A DNA stretch of 64,000 nt, taken from NCBI GenBank assembly GCA_963677495.2, contig CAXXOU010000002.1:64001-128000 (forward strand), given 5' to 3'. Made by a program: the position numbers and the translations under genes. Source of the stretch: Candidatus Cloacimonadales bacterium (lineage in GTDB: Bacteria; Cloacimonadota; Cloacimonadia; Cloacimonadales; JAFGVF01). Of the stretch, positions 24,387 to 34,166 are shown in pieces; positions within the stretch are counted from its first letter, which is position 1, and each line of letters begins with the position of its first letter. Below the pieces are notes generated by a model. The model ran no database searches. It was not told the DNA's origin and saw nothing but the letters and a program-made list of their open reading frames with translations.

Positions 24387-26014
24387 ATGAAAATAGGTAG
24401 AAAACACTCTTTTTTAATGCACTTAATTCTTTTAATAGCGATTACCACACTCTTTGCAGAGAATTCAATGGAACTAATCTGGGAGAGCCAAGGAGAGCAT
24501 CCGGACTCTGAGTATGGTTCCTCAATGACCTCAATGGATTTTAATGGTGATGGTATTGATGACTTGGTAGTTGGTTCAAGGTCTTATGAACCAGGTGAAA
24601 CCCCATCTTTACTCGGTAAGATTTATTTCTATTATGGGGGGGGAATTTTTCAACAACCCCTAATCTAACAATTACAGGGGCTTATGCTAGTTACACAGGG
24701 GTTTCTTTACACAACTTTGGAGATGTGAATGGGGATGGCTATGATGATCTTGGGCTTTATCACTATGTATCCAATTATGATATAAAAGCTGTTATCGACA
24801 TTTACTATGGAGGTGTAAATTGTGATACAATCCCTGATTTTAGTTATGATATCATGCGAGGAACCGGGGATGATGAGATATGGGACATTTTTTCACTTTA
24901 TCCTTTAGGTGATGTTAATGGAGATGGTTGTTCTGATGCAGGATATGTTCTTCTAGGTATGAGTCACGTAAATCCCTTTTCTCATTTCTATATTATATAT
25001 GGTGATGAAGAGGAACCCTATGTAGAGTTCTGGAAAGATACCGGACCGTATCGTAATGGAGATGTCATTAGTGGAAGTGCAATACGAGAGATTGGGGATA
25101 TTAATAGTGATGAGTTTGATGATTTTATTATTGGTTATTTTGATGCTGAAGACCTGTTGACTAAAAACTCAATTATCTATGGGGCTACTGTTGTTGATAC
25201 AATTTTAACGAACATTGTTTTTCAAGGTACTAACTTTCTACCGGGTGGAGTTGCTTGCGGGGATATAAATGGAGATAGTGTTGATGATTTTATTGGAGCT
25301 AAAAAATATGTCGGTACATGTCCGGGAGTTTGGTTGGGTGGAAATCAGAACAATGTAGTCCCTGATATTCACTTATCCAACTATGGGCAATATGAGAATG
25401 GAATTGCACATGGGGATTTGAATAATGATGGGTACTCAGATTTAGTGATTGGTAGTCCTTGCTGGAGTTTAGATCAGGGAAAGGTCTATTTCTTCTTTGG
25501 GAATGATGAGCCCAATGGACTGCGGGATTATGAGATTGAAGCTCCTATAATCACCAGCTCAGAGTTTGGTACATCATTAGCAATTGGTGATTTCAATAAT
25601 GATGGATGTGATGATGTAGCAGTTGGAGCTCCTGGAAGAGGATCTCAGTATGCCGGACATGCCTATGTATATGCTGGAGATGCATCATTGTATGATACTA
25701 CAGTATCAATCTTGGATGATACAATTCCTACACCTTATGGAGTTGAGTTTACAGCATACCCAAATCCCTTTAATCCATCAGTGCAGTTCAGTGTAAAGAC
25801 AGATAAAGAGTATAATAAACTTGAAATACAGATTTATAATGTGAAAGGACAACTTGTTAATACTTTGAATACAGGTAAAGTGCAAAGAGATCAAACAGTT
25901 ACTTGGGGCGGAGTCGATAGTAAAGATAATAAGGTAGCTTCCGGAGTATACTTATGTAAGCTAACCTTCGGGAATACTATTTTAAGTTCTGTTAAGGTGT
26001 CTTTGATAAAATAG
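24387..26014 (+). pseudogene. Tandem paralog of the FG-GAP protein, frameshifted at a G8 tract
   Basis: ORFs 24387-24668 and 24725-26014 align with the upstream copy; one base is missing at GGGGGGGG (24636-24643) relative to GGGGGGGGT in copy 1. Confidence 0.85.
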
Positions 26015-26242
26015 ATGTAGTATTGGGATTCTATCACCATTCCCGCCCCACGCTTCTTTGCGGTGCAGGTATGATGATTGAACTTGCACCCGTCTTCATT
26101 CCACTTCGCCGTGGCAGGCCGTAACGGAGTGTGGGGCGAGGGCAACAAGATCACGGTAATAATTTGGGTGAGTACTTATGTAGGACTCAAAAATTTCAAC
26201 TAATCAAACATTTGGAGATTTTATGTACAAGACAATTCAGCT

Positions 26243-27013
26243 TTGAACATTTACAGAGCAATTCTAATAGATCAGCTGGTAGAGGAGCAAAAGGATTGGG
26301 GCTTATGTATGGATAAAGCTTTTAGTATTACCGGTATAATAAAAGGTGATTTTGATTTGTTAGTAATATTCTATCAATCCCTTATAGACAATCCTCCAAC
26401 ATATTTAACTGTGACAGAAGAAGCTGACTACATAGCACTTTTATCTGATTATATAAAGAAATGTAAAATTGCAGTTGGAGACAAAGACGGTGCAAAAATT
26501 ATAGTTCAAGATAGAATTGATAATCCTGATTCCGAGCTTGATCAACTATGTGCAACAATGGACCTAAACAATATTGAACTTCTTGAAGTGATAGAAGATA
26601 CAAGTAAACAACAGGATAACGTGGAAGATAAGATGAAACGAATAACAGGAATAATGAAGAAGAACTCAGAGTGTTGGACTAGATACAATAGTCTTATAGG
26701 ATTCAATACTGAGGATTATGAGAATACTCCACTACCTACAAAGGTTACTTTGAATAACTACCCAAATCCATTTAATCCTGAGACCACAATTAAATACTAT
26801 CTACCTGAACAATCAGATGTAAAACTGAGCGTTTATAATATCAGAGGACAGAAAGTTAAGCAATTAGCTAATGACCACTTTGATTCCGGGTATCACACAA
26901 TTAGATGGGATGGCACAGATAAGAATAATAAATCTGTCTCTTCTGGAATATATTTCTATAGGATTGAAACAGAGAGAAGCAATATTACCCAAAAGATGAT
27001 GTTATTGAAATAA
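26243..27013 (+). pseudogene. C-terminal remnant of a secreted protein with FlgD-Ig/T9SS-like sorting domain
   Basis: NYPNPFNPETTI...VYNIRGQKV...SSGIYFY...KMMLLK but no signal peptide or convincing start; a repeat element lies just upstream. Confidence 0.55.
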
Positions 27014-27027
27014 AGGATGATTTTATC

Positions 27028-27058
27028 AAAAGGGAACCTATTGCAGGTTCCCTTTTTT
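27028..27058. terminator. Bidirectional terminator identical to the rrn terminator
   Basis: AAAAGGGAACCTATTGCAGGTTCCCTTTTTT between convergent genes. Confidence 0.85.
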
Positions 27059-27072
27059 CATTTATTGAATCT

Positions 27073-27945
27073 TTATTTCTTATCCAAAACAACTGTTTTA
27101 AGATAATCTCTGTAGTAACAGTTAGGTAGATTATTAATAACTTCCTGCATCTGCTCATCATTAATGAAGCCTTTGTTATATGCAGCTTCTTCTATACAAC
27201 CGATCTTGAGACCTTGACGTTTCTCTACGGCTGCAATGAAGCTTGACGCTTCTAGAAGTGAGTCAGGTGTACCTGAATCTAACCAAGCTATTCCTCTACC
27301 CAGTGGTCTTACTTTAAGCTTATTTCTTTCAAGATAAACCTTATTAACATCAGTTATCTCTAATTCACCTCTAGCGGAAGGAGTAATGTTTTTAGCAATA
27401 TCAACAACTTCTGAATTGTAAATATAAAGCCCCGGTACTGCATAATTAGATTTAGGTACTTTAGGTTTCTCTTCTAATGATACAGCTTTCATATTGTTAT
27501 CAAACTCTACAACACCGTAACGCTCAGGATCTGTTACATAATACCCAAATACAGTTGCGTCAGTATTCTCATTAATACTCTTTCTTAAGAACTCAAGATA
27601 ACCATAGAATATGTTGTCACCAAGGATAAGAACAACATTATCATCACCAATGAAATCTTCACCTATAATGAAGGCTTCAGCAATACCTTTTGGTTGATCT
27701 TGTAATGCATATTCAATCTTTAAACCAATATGGGAACCATCACCAAAGAGCTCCCTATACCAAGGTAATGTTTGCTCATTAGATATGATTAAAATTTCAT
27801 TGATGCCAGCCATTATCAGGGTTGATAGTGGATAGTAAATCATTGGTTTATCATAAATAGCTACCAGTTGTTTTGAATAAATCTTAGTAATAGGATACAA
27901 TCGTGAACCTGCACCACCGGCAAGTATTATACCTTTAGTTTTCAT
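27073..27945 (-). CDS. rfbA: Glucose-1-phosphate thymidylyltransferase
   Basis: KGIILAGGAGSRLYP, YDKPMIYYPLS, LGDNIFYG, EKP, SARGELEITD, GRGIAWLDSGT. Confidence 0.95.
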   Translation of the reverse strand: MKTKGIILAGGAGSRLYPITKIYSKQLVAIYDKPMIYYPLSTLIMAGINEILIISNEQTLPWYRELFGDGSHIGLKIEYALQDQPKGIAEAFIIGEDFIGDDNVVLILGDNIFYGYLEFLRKSINENTDATVFGYYVTDPERYGVVEFDNNMKAVSLEEKPKVPKSNYAVPGLYIYNSEVVDIAKNITPSARGELEITDVNKVYLERNKLKVRPLGRGIAWLDSGTPDSLLEASSFIAAVEKRQGLKIGCIEEAAYNKGFINDEQMQEVINNLPNCYYRDYLKTVVLDKK

Positions 27946-28906
27946 TTGAAACCCCACCTTTAAAAATTATATCTATTGTTTTTGCTTGTTCTAAAGCATC
28001 ATTATACCACTTGTTAATCTCTTCCTTATCATCAAGGTTTTTTATAAAATAATCTATTTCTTGTGCGAAATGGTCACAAGGTGCTAAAGAAACTTCACTT
28101 TTCTTACCATGAACTTCTATAGTAAGGGTTGAGGAAAAGCTTTTTGGTAATGAAAATGCTCTAGTAAGAGTCAGTTTACCTTTAGTTCCCCAGACTGTAT
28201 AGCTGTTCTGATAAAAGTTATTAAACCCAAAAGTAAGGTTCGCTGATTGATTCTTTCCAAAATCCATTATAACAGTACCATGAATATCTAAATCATCTTC
28301 ATTGTTGTGCAAAACTGATTTGATGGATAGAGGGTTTCTTTTAAAGAAATGTCTACTGAAATGAACAGTATAAGCACCAGCATCAAGAAGTGCACCCCCC
28401 CCCATTGCTTTATTGAATCTGAAATTTTCTTTAGGTAATGGCGGGAAACCAAAAGTAGCACTAAGGTTCACCACATCTCCGATCGTGCCATCAGAAATTA
28501 CATCTCTAACATACTGATGTTGTGTGTGATATTGGTACATAAAACCTTCGAGTAAAGCAACATTCTTAGACTTACAAAATTCAACGAGTTCTTTTGCTTC
28601 TTTATAAGTAGATGTCATTGATTTCTCGCAAAGAATGTGCAAACCATGTTTAGCAGCTTCAATCGCTAAATCGAAGTGTGTACCTGTAGGTGTCGATATA
28701 TATACAGCTTCTAAGTCATGATTGAAAAACTCATCTAATGACTTACATGCTTCGCAGTTAAACTGCTTTGCGTATGTAAGACATTTATCATTATCAATAT
28801 CATACACTGCCCTTAAATCAATGTTCTCATGATTAGCAATAACAGGTAAAACGCTGCGAATTGATACATACCCTAATCCAATTACTCCTATTCTTACTTT
28901 TGACAT
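27935..28906 (-). CDS. Gfo/Idh/MocA oxidoreductase, probable NDP-hexose 3-ketoreductase
   Basis: GVIGLG Rossmann fold, HILCEKS, GGGALLDAGAY; adjacent to the 2,3-dehydratase. Confidence 0.8.
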   Translation of the reverse strand: MSKVRIGVIGLGYVSIRSVLPVIANHENIDLRAVYDIDNDKCLTYAKQFNCEACKSLDEFFNHDLEAVYISTPTGTHFDLAIEAAKHGLHILCEKSMTSTYKEAKELVEFCKSKNVALLEGFMYQYHTQHQYVRDVISDGTIGDVVNLSATFGFPPLPKENFRFNKAMGGGALLDAGAYTVHFSRHFFKRNPLSIKSVLHNNEDDLDIHGTVIMDFGKNQSANLTFGFNNFYQNSYTVWGTKGKLTLTRAFSLPKSFSSTLTIEVHGKKSEVSLAPCDHFAQEIDYFIKNLDDKEEINKWYNDALEQAKTIDIIFKGGVSNEN

Positions 28907-28907
28907 A

Positions 28908-30404
28908 CTACCTCCATTTAATAGTAGAAATGACACTTCTAAGTTCAATATTTAAAGTCGATGCAAACAGTGACATCTGTTTCAGCTGATTCAATGTCAT
29001 CAAGGCAAAAGTAGCTTCATCATGCATTGGTAGTTGCCCAACATTCAAAATCATATTCCGATTCTCTTCTCTAAAGAACCTACCACCTTCTTCGCTTTGC
29101 ATCGCATCACTCAAAATAGAGCTACCATTATCTACATAATTTATATATGGGATTGCTTTTCTATCGTCGTAGTTCGATGTGATACATTGAATAGTTGGAG
29201 CCATCTCCATATTATCTATCAGTCCGCATTCCATCTTGAATTGCACCAAGTAGTAACTCACACCGTCTATAACAGTAGTCACAAGTGCAATAATCCCACT
29301 ATTGCTTTGTTTCACTATAGGTTGATCCCATTTGATAACTTCTCTGTGGCTTGCTTCTACTGCAACACCCATTATCTCATAGAATCTATTATCAGGTCTC
29401 TTAATCGAATAATCTGAGGAATCCCAATCTTTCATATCCTGAAGAGGGATGAATTTCTTATCGATAATGCACTTGTATCTTTCGTTTGTGAAACTACTGA
29501 TATGCTGATTGATACTCTTCAAAGTTGGTGTGTTAGGATGAGCTGAAATGATGTTACTAAGTGCATATTCAGAGATCTCTTTATCAAACATAGAGAAACT
29601 ATTTAAACATGCTCTTAAAGACTCTCTCTCAATCTCTTTCAATGAATCTGGTCTTTCCGGTAACAGGTTTAAGCATGCTATGATACTTCTAGTATCCATG
29701 TTAACATGATTGTCAAATTGGTTAAAATGTACTAACTGACCCAATGTCATCCAGCGGAAGTTATCACCAAGCTCAATCTTCTCATTCTCATCAACAAGCA
29801 CCACAATGTTTCTATTTCGTTTATGGAAGAATCTCGTACCTTGCTCACTTTGGAATCTGTCTAATAAGACTACTCCCTTCTTTTCACCATTGAAGTACTC
29901 AAGGAAGGTCGTTGCTTTTCCTCCATGCAATCTAAGATAGTTACTTCTTGTTGCTTGAACAGTAGGGGAGAGCTGGAAAGTGTTAATATTCCCCGGTTCA
30001 GCTTTTGCTTGAACGAGGAAATGTAGGACACCATCAATCTTCTTAACTACGAAACCAAGTATACCGATTTCAGGTTGGAAGATAATTGGTTGATCCCAGC
30101 TTTTTTCTTCTTTGTATTGTGACTCAAGATGCAATCCTCTAATCCTAAAGAATCCACCTGTATGATGACCAATCTCTCCTTTATCTTTATCCCAAACCCA
30201 CTGCTTCATCTCATTCAATGGAACTTGCTTAACATCGAACAATTGCTTACTGTTCAATGCTCTTAACCATGTGCGTAGTTCCTCTATTGATGATACTGTT
30301 GATGTCTCAATTTGTGATGAAATCAACAAATCAAGGTTAATATCATCTTGTTTATAATGAAGTATTGACTTCAGGTCTGACTTTAAAGCATTCAGATTAG
30401 TCAT
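28908..30404 (-). CDS. NDP-hexose 2,3-dehydratase (EvaA/OleV family)
   Basis: Two internal repeats with WDQPII.QPEIGILG, QAKAEPGN, QLSPTVQATRSNY, QSEQGTRF / QSEEGGRF. Confidence 0.9.
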   Translation of the reverse strand: MTNLNALKSDLKSILHYKQDDINLDLLISSQIETSTVSSIEELRTWLRALNSKQLFDVKQVPLNEMKQWVWDKDKGEIGHHTGGFFRIRGLHLESQYKEEKSWDQPIIFQPEIGILGFVVKKIDGVLHFLVQAKAEPGNINTFQLSPTVQATRSNYLRLHGGKATTFLEYFNGEKKGVVLLDRFQSEQGTRFFHKRNRNIVVLVDENEKIELGDNFRWMTLGQLVHFNQFDNHVNMDTRSIIACLNLLPERPDSLKEIERESLRACLNSFSMFDKEISEYALSNIISAHPNTPTLKSINQHISSFTNERYKCIIDKKFIPLQDMKDWDSSDYSIKRPDNRFYEIMGVAVEASHREVIKWDQPIVKQSNSGIIALVTTVIDGVSYYLVQFKMECGLIDNMEMAPTIQCITSNYDDRKAIPYINYVDNGSSILSDAMQSEEGGRFFREENRNMILNVGQLPMHDEATFALMTLNQLKQMSLFASTLNIELRSVISTIKWR

Positions 30405-31539
30405 AAAGCTTCTCTAAAACTTTCTTCATTGAGTTAATGCAATGCTCCAATCCTTCAGTTGCGAGGTCAGCATAAAGAGGTAATCTAACTAATCTTGATG
30501 CTATATCTTCTGTGATTGGTAGTGAGTCAGCTTTATAGCCATAACGTTGTCCCATTGGAGCAGAGTGTAACGGCATGTAACCAATATATGCAAAGACTTC
30601 ATCCTTCTTAAGCTGTTCTATGAACTTATCTCTTGATTCTGCTTTATCAAACACAACCCAGAAGGCATGATAGTTAACAATCATATCATCATTCAAATGC
30701 GGGATAACCAAATCACCTTTATCTTCATAAGGAGTATAAAGCTCAGTGTATGCATCGAATACTACTTTCCTCTTTGCAAAGATATCATCTTCAGCTTCCA
30801 TTTGAGCATAGAGTTGTGCAGAAAGTATGTCTGCTAACAAGAAACTTGAACCCAAATCTACCCAATGGTATTTACTCTTAACTCCGCTTAGGACCAAAGA
30901 TCTGTCAGTTCCTTTTTCTTGTAAAAAATGAGCTCTTTGCACAAACTTTGGATTATTTATTACTAATGCTCCACCTTCTCCGCAAGTTATATTCTTGGTT
31001 TCATGGAAACTAAATGTTGCAAAGTCTGCCCACGCCCCGGTAGCCTTACCTTTATAATATGAGCCATAAGATTGAGCGGTGTCATGCATAACAAGAAGAT
31101 CATGTTTTTTAGCAATCTCCATCACTTTATCAATCTCACAAGGGATACCGGCATAATCAATAGGAACAATAAGTTTAGTTTTAGGAGTTATAAGATCCTC
31201 TATTTTGGTTACATCTATATTCATAGTCAACTGATCTATTTCACAGAATACCGGCTTCGCATTTCTAAGTACAAGAGCATTCACAGTAGAACTAAATGTA
31301 TAAGAAGGGACAATAACTTCATCACCCTCCTCAAGATTAGCTAATAATGCTCCCATCTCTAAAGCAGAAGTCCCTGAAGGAGTTAAGAAAACCTCTCCTA
31401 ATCCATGTTTCTCTTGCATGTGTGCAATGGCTTTTCTCGCAAAACCATGATTCCCACAATGACGTTTGCTCTCTAAAGCTTCCTGGATGTAATCACCCTC
31501 TTTCCCTGTTAGATAAGGTATGTTAAATGGGATTCTCAT
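30397..31539 (-). CDS. wecE: dTDP-4-amino-4,6-dideoxyhexose transaminase (WecE/RffA family)
   Basis: IPFN.P, SGTSALEM, FSFHETKNITCGEGGAL, EKGTDRS, RLVRLPLY. Confidence 0.85.
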   Translation of the reverse strand: MRIPFNIPYLTGKEGDYIQEALESKRHCGNHGFARKAIAHMQEKHGLGEVFLTPSGTSALEMGALLANLEEGDEVIVPSYTFSSTVNALVLRNAKPVFCEIDQLTMNIDVTKIEDLITPKTKLIVPIDYAGIPCEIDKVMEIAKKHDLLVMHDTAQSYGSYYKGKATGAWADFATFSFHETKNITCGEGGALVINNPKFVQRAHFLQEKGTDRSLVLSGVKSKYHWVDLGSSFLLADILSAQLYAQMEAEDDIFAKRKVVFDAYTELYTPYEDKGDLVIPHLNDDMIVNYHAFWVVFDKAESRDKFIEQLKKDEVFAYIGYMPLHSAPMGQRYGYKADSLPITEDIASRLVRLPLYADLATEGLEHCINSMKKVLEKLYD

Positions 31540-31660
31540 CTGAATATTTTACCTACTTTTTAATCATTTACACTCTCATCGAGTTTGAATGATTATAAGC
31601 CCTTTTATTTTGTTAAGTGTCAAGTAAAAATAGTATTAATTTGAACTATCCAACCTGCTT

Positions 31661-31802
31661 CATTGCTCTATCATAATTAGGAGCACAATTTACTGGGTTT
31701 CTGCCCCAACAATTATGAAACACTTGTCCTCAACCCCCAGGGTTGCCCAAGAGACTCACAGGATTTCCTAACTTTTCTTTGCGTTATTAAGATAGAGCGA
31801 TG
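31661..31802. repeat. Degenerate family A cassette (same ends and length, eroded interior)
   Basis: CATTGCTCTATCATAAT...ATTAAGATAGAGCGATG, 142 bp, the same length as the 52221-52362 copy. Confidence 0.8.
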
Positions 31803-31831
31803 CATGATTAATAAGTATGACTAATAATATA

Positions 31832-31860
31832 TTGACACATAAAACTAATTATATAACATT
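31832..31860 (+). promoter_or_regulatory. Sigma70-type promoter of tRNA-Gly
   Basis: TTGACA then TAACAT directly before the tRNA. Confidence 0.55.
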
Positions 31861-31870
31861 TGCATATTGA

Positions 31871-31946
31871 GCGGGTTTGGCTCAGTTGGTAGAGCATCAG
31901 CTTCCCAAGCTGAATGTCGCGGGTTCGAGTCCCGTAACCCGCTCCA
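31871..31946 (+). tRNA. tRNA-Gly(CCC)
   Basis: GCGGGTT...TTCCCAA anticodon loop...TTCGAGT...AACCCGCTCCA. Confidence 0.95.
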
Positions 31947-32038
31947 GCTTTATTATCCTTATTGTTAAAAAATCCTTGACTACTGCAAACATCCATTAAA
32001 ACTTCCAAGCAATTATATAACTTATGAAAGGAGAGCCT

Positions 32039-32686
32039 ATGCCACAGATTATCAGTGCAAAAGAGGCAGCTGAACTTGTAAAACAAGGTGACAAGCTTCT
32101 CATTGGTGGATTCCTTGCAGTGGGAGCACCGGAATCAATTATTGATGCTCTTGTTGAGAAAGGAACTAAAGATCTTACACTTGTTGTGATTGCTTCCGAT
32201 TGGGAAGATAGAGGAATGGGAAAACTCATTGTAAACAAACAGGCAAAAGCAGTCCAGGTGTCACATCTTGGGACAAATAGAGAGATTCAGAGACAGATGA
32301 ACGAGGGTGAGATAGAAGTAGAACTTGTTCCTCAAGGTTCTCTTATGGAACGTGTGCGTGCTGCCGGTGCAGGATTAGGTGGTGTATTAACACCTGTTGG
32401 ACTTGGTACTCTTGCAGCTGAAGGCAAACAAGTAATTAATGTTAATGGCAAAGATTTCTTATTAGAAGAAGCTCTTCCGGGAGATGTTGCTATTATCAGA
32501 GCTCATAAAGCAGACAAACAAGGTAATCTTGTGTATAGAAAGACTGCCCGTAACAGTAATCCGATTATGGCTACCGCAGCTAAAATAGTGATTGCAGAGG
32601 TTGATGAGATCGTAGAAACAGGTGAGTTAGACCCTGAACAGATTGTTACATCCAGTATCTTTGTTAACTACCTGGTGAAGAAATAG
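32039..32686 (+). CDS. atoD: Acetoacetate/3-oxoacid CoA-transferase subunit A
   Basis: IGGFLAVGAPE, VELVPQGSLMERVRAAGAGLGG, GNLVYRKTARNSNP. Confidence 0.88.
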   Translation: MPQIISAKEAAELVKQGDKLLIGGFLAVGAPESIIDALVEKGTKDLTLVVIASDWEDRGMGKLIVNKQAKAVQVSHLGTNREIQRQMNEGEIEVELVPQGSLMERVRAAGAGLGGVLTPVGLGTLAAEGKQVINVNGKDFLLEEALPGDVAIIRAHKADKQGNLVYRKTARNSNPIMATAAKIVIAEVDEIVETGELDPEQIVTSSIFVNYLVKK

Positions 32687-32695
32687 GAGCAGATC

Positions 32696-33376
32696 ATGAT
32701 AGATAAAACAGATAAAAAGTATAAAAGACAGATTATTGGCTGGCGTGTTGCTCAAGAGATGAAAGATGGTGATTATGTGAATCTCGGTATCGGTATTCCT
32801 ACTATGGCTGCCAACTACATCCCTGAAGGTGTGAATGTTGTTTTCCAAAGTGAGAACGGTATCATGGGTGTAGGTCCTGCTCCTGCAGATGGAATGCAGG
32901 ATGAGGATATGATTAACGCCGGTGGTGGATATATTACTCCTGCGAAAGGTGCATGCTATTTCGATTCATGTGTTAGCTTCGGCATTATCCGTGGTGGACA
33001 TCTTGCAATGACTGTACTTGGTGGTTTACAAGTAGATGAGAAAGGCAATCTAGCTAACTGGATGATTCCCGGTAAGATGGTTCCCGGTATGGGCGGAGCT
33101 ATGGACCTTGTTGTCGGTGCTAAGAAGGTTGTTGTAACTATGGAACATACTGATAAAAAAGGTAACCCAAAGATATTAAAGAACTGTAATCTACCACTCA
33201 CAGCTATGGGTGTTGTTACTATGATTGTAACAGAGATGGCTGTGATTGATGTAACTGATAAAGGTTTAGTACTTCATGAAGTAGCTGAAGGCTATACAGT
33301 AGAAGAAGTTGTGAATGCAACTGAAGCTGAACTTATTATCCCTGAGAATGTAGGGACTTTTAGTTTGCCGCAATAG
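32696..33376 (+). CDS. atoA: Acetoacetate/3-oxoacid CoA-transferase subunit B
   Basis: VNLGIGIPT, QSENG (catalytic Glu), GMGGAMDLV. Confidence 0.9.
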   Translation: MIDKTDKKYKRQIIGWRVAQEMKDGDYVNLGIGIPTMAANYIPEGVNVVFQSENGIMGVGPAPADGMQDEDMINAGGGYITPAKGACYFDSCVSFGIIRGGHLAMTVLGGLQVDEKGNLANWMIPGKMVPGMGGAMDLVVGAKKVVVTMEHTDKKGNPKILKNCNLPLTAMGVVTMIVTEMAVIDVTDKGLVLHEVAEGYTVEEVVNATEAELIIPENVGTFSLPQ

Positions 33377-33424
33377 AATAGTTTTGATAGATGTGGGAGC
33401 TCATTATAATGAACTCCCTTTTTT

Positions 33425-34112
33425 TATCCTGAAAGGATAACCCAATGTTAGCCATGTGGCTTTAGCCCATGGATTAAGAATAGAACACCGATTCGACCCT
33501 GAAGGGGTCGCCCAATCAAATATAATCTTCATTGAAATCAACCCCGGCATTGTGTAACATTTGTTTATACTCTTCTTTAGAAGAAAATAGTTTGTGATGT
33601 TCCTGCTGATGTTTTATGTAATCCATTATTGGTTTTCTATCTCTCCACGTGATTGAGAATGCCCCATATCCATTTTGCCATCCTCTAAAACTTGGACATA
33701 CATCATTCTCCTTCATCCAATTTCCTAAAGATGCCTTCATAAGTTTAACAAAGTCAGATAAGCATTGCTGAGGATGTATTGAACACAGTACATGTATATG
33801 GTCATCCATCATGTCCATTTGATAAACGTATGATTTATGGTTCTTAAGAACTCCCCATAAATAGCCTAAAATCTCATCTCGTTTCGATAGATTCAATGTA
33901 CGATAACGTTCTTTTGTACTAAAGACAATGTGATACAATATTTGAGTAAAAGTGGACATTGTTCCTCCTGTTTTCTACAGATATAGATAATATAACTAAG
34001 AATAGATTTTGAGCAATATTGTGATGGGCAACCCCTTCAGGGTTGAATATTTAATTGCAATTTTCCCATAGGTTAAAACCTATGGCTAACCGTGGGTAAC
34101 CCTTTAAGGGTT
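33425..34112. mobile_element. Y1 transposase (IS200/RAYT-like) unit bounded by about 88-bp imperfect inverted REP-like repeats
   Basis: 33425-33514 and 34025-34112 are imperfect reverse complements, each made of three small hairpins. Confidence 0.8.
33516..33959 (-). CDS. tnpA: IS200/IS605-family Y1 (HUH) transposase, RAYT-like
   Basis: YHIVFSTK, DHIH (HUH), WQNGYGAFS, YIKHQ catalytic Tyr; no tnpB. Confidence 0.9.
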   Translation of the reverse strand: MSTFTQILYHIVFSTKERYRTLNLSKRDEILGYLWGVLKNHKSYVYQMDMMDDHIHVLCSIHPQQCLSDFVKLMKASLGNWMKENDVCPSFRGWQNGYGAFSITWRDRKPIMDYIKHQQEHHKLFSSKEEYKQMLHNAGVDFNEDYI

Positions 34113-34166
34113 AAGGAGAAAAGGGAGCCTGCTATTGCAAACTCCCTATATTATATATTAAATCTA

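Noticed and set aside
22618..26014. Duplicated FG-GAP genes as a diversity-generating retroelement TR/VR pair
   Set aside because: Differences are not adenine-specific, the whole gene and promoter are duplicated, and there is no reverse transcriptase in the window
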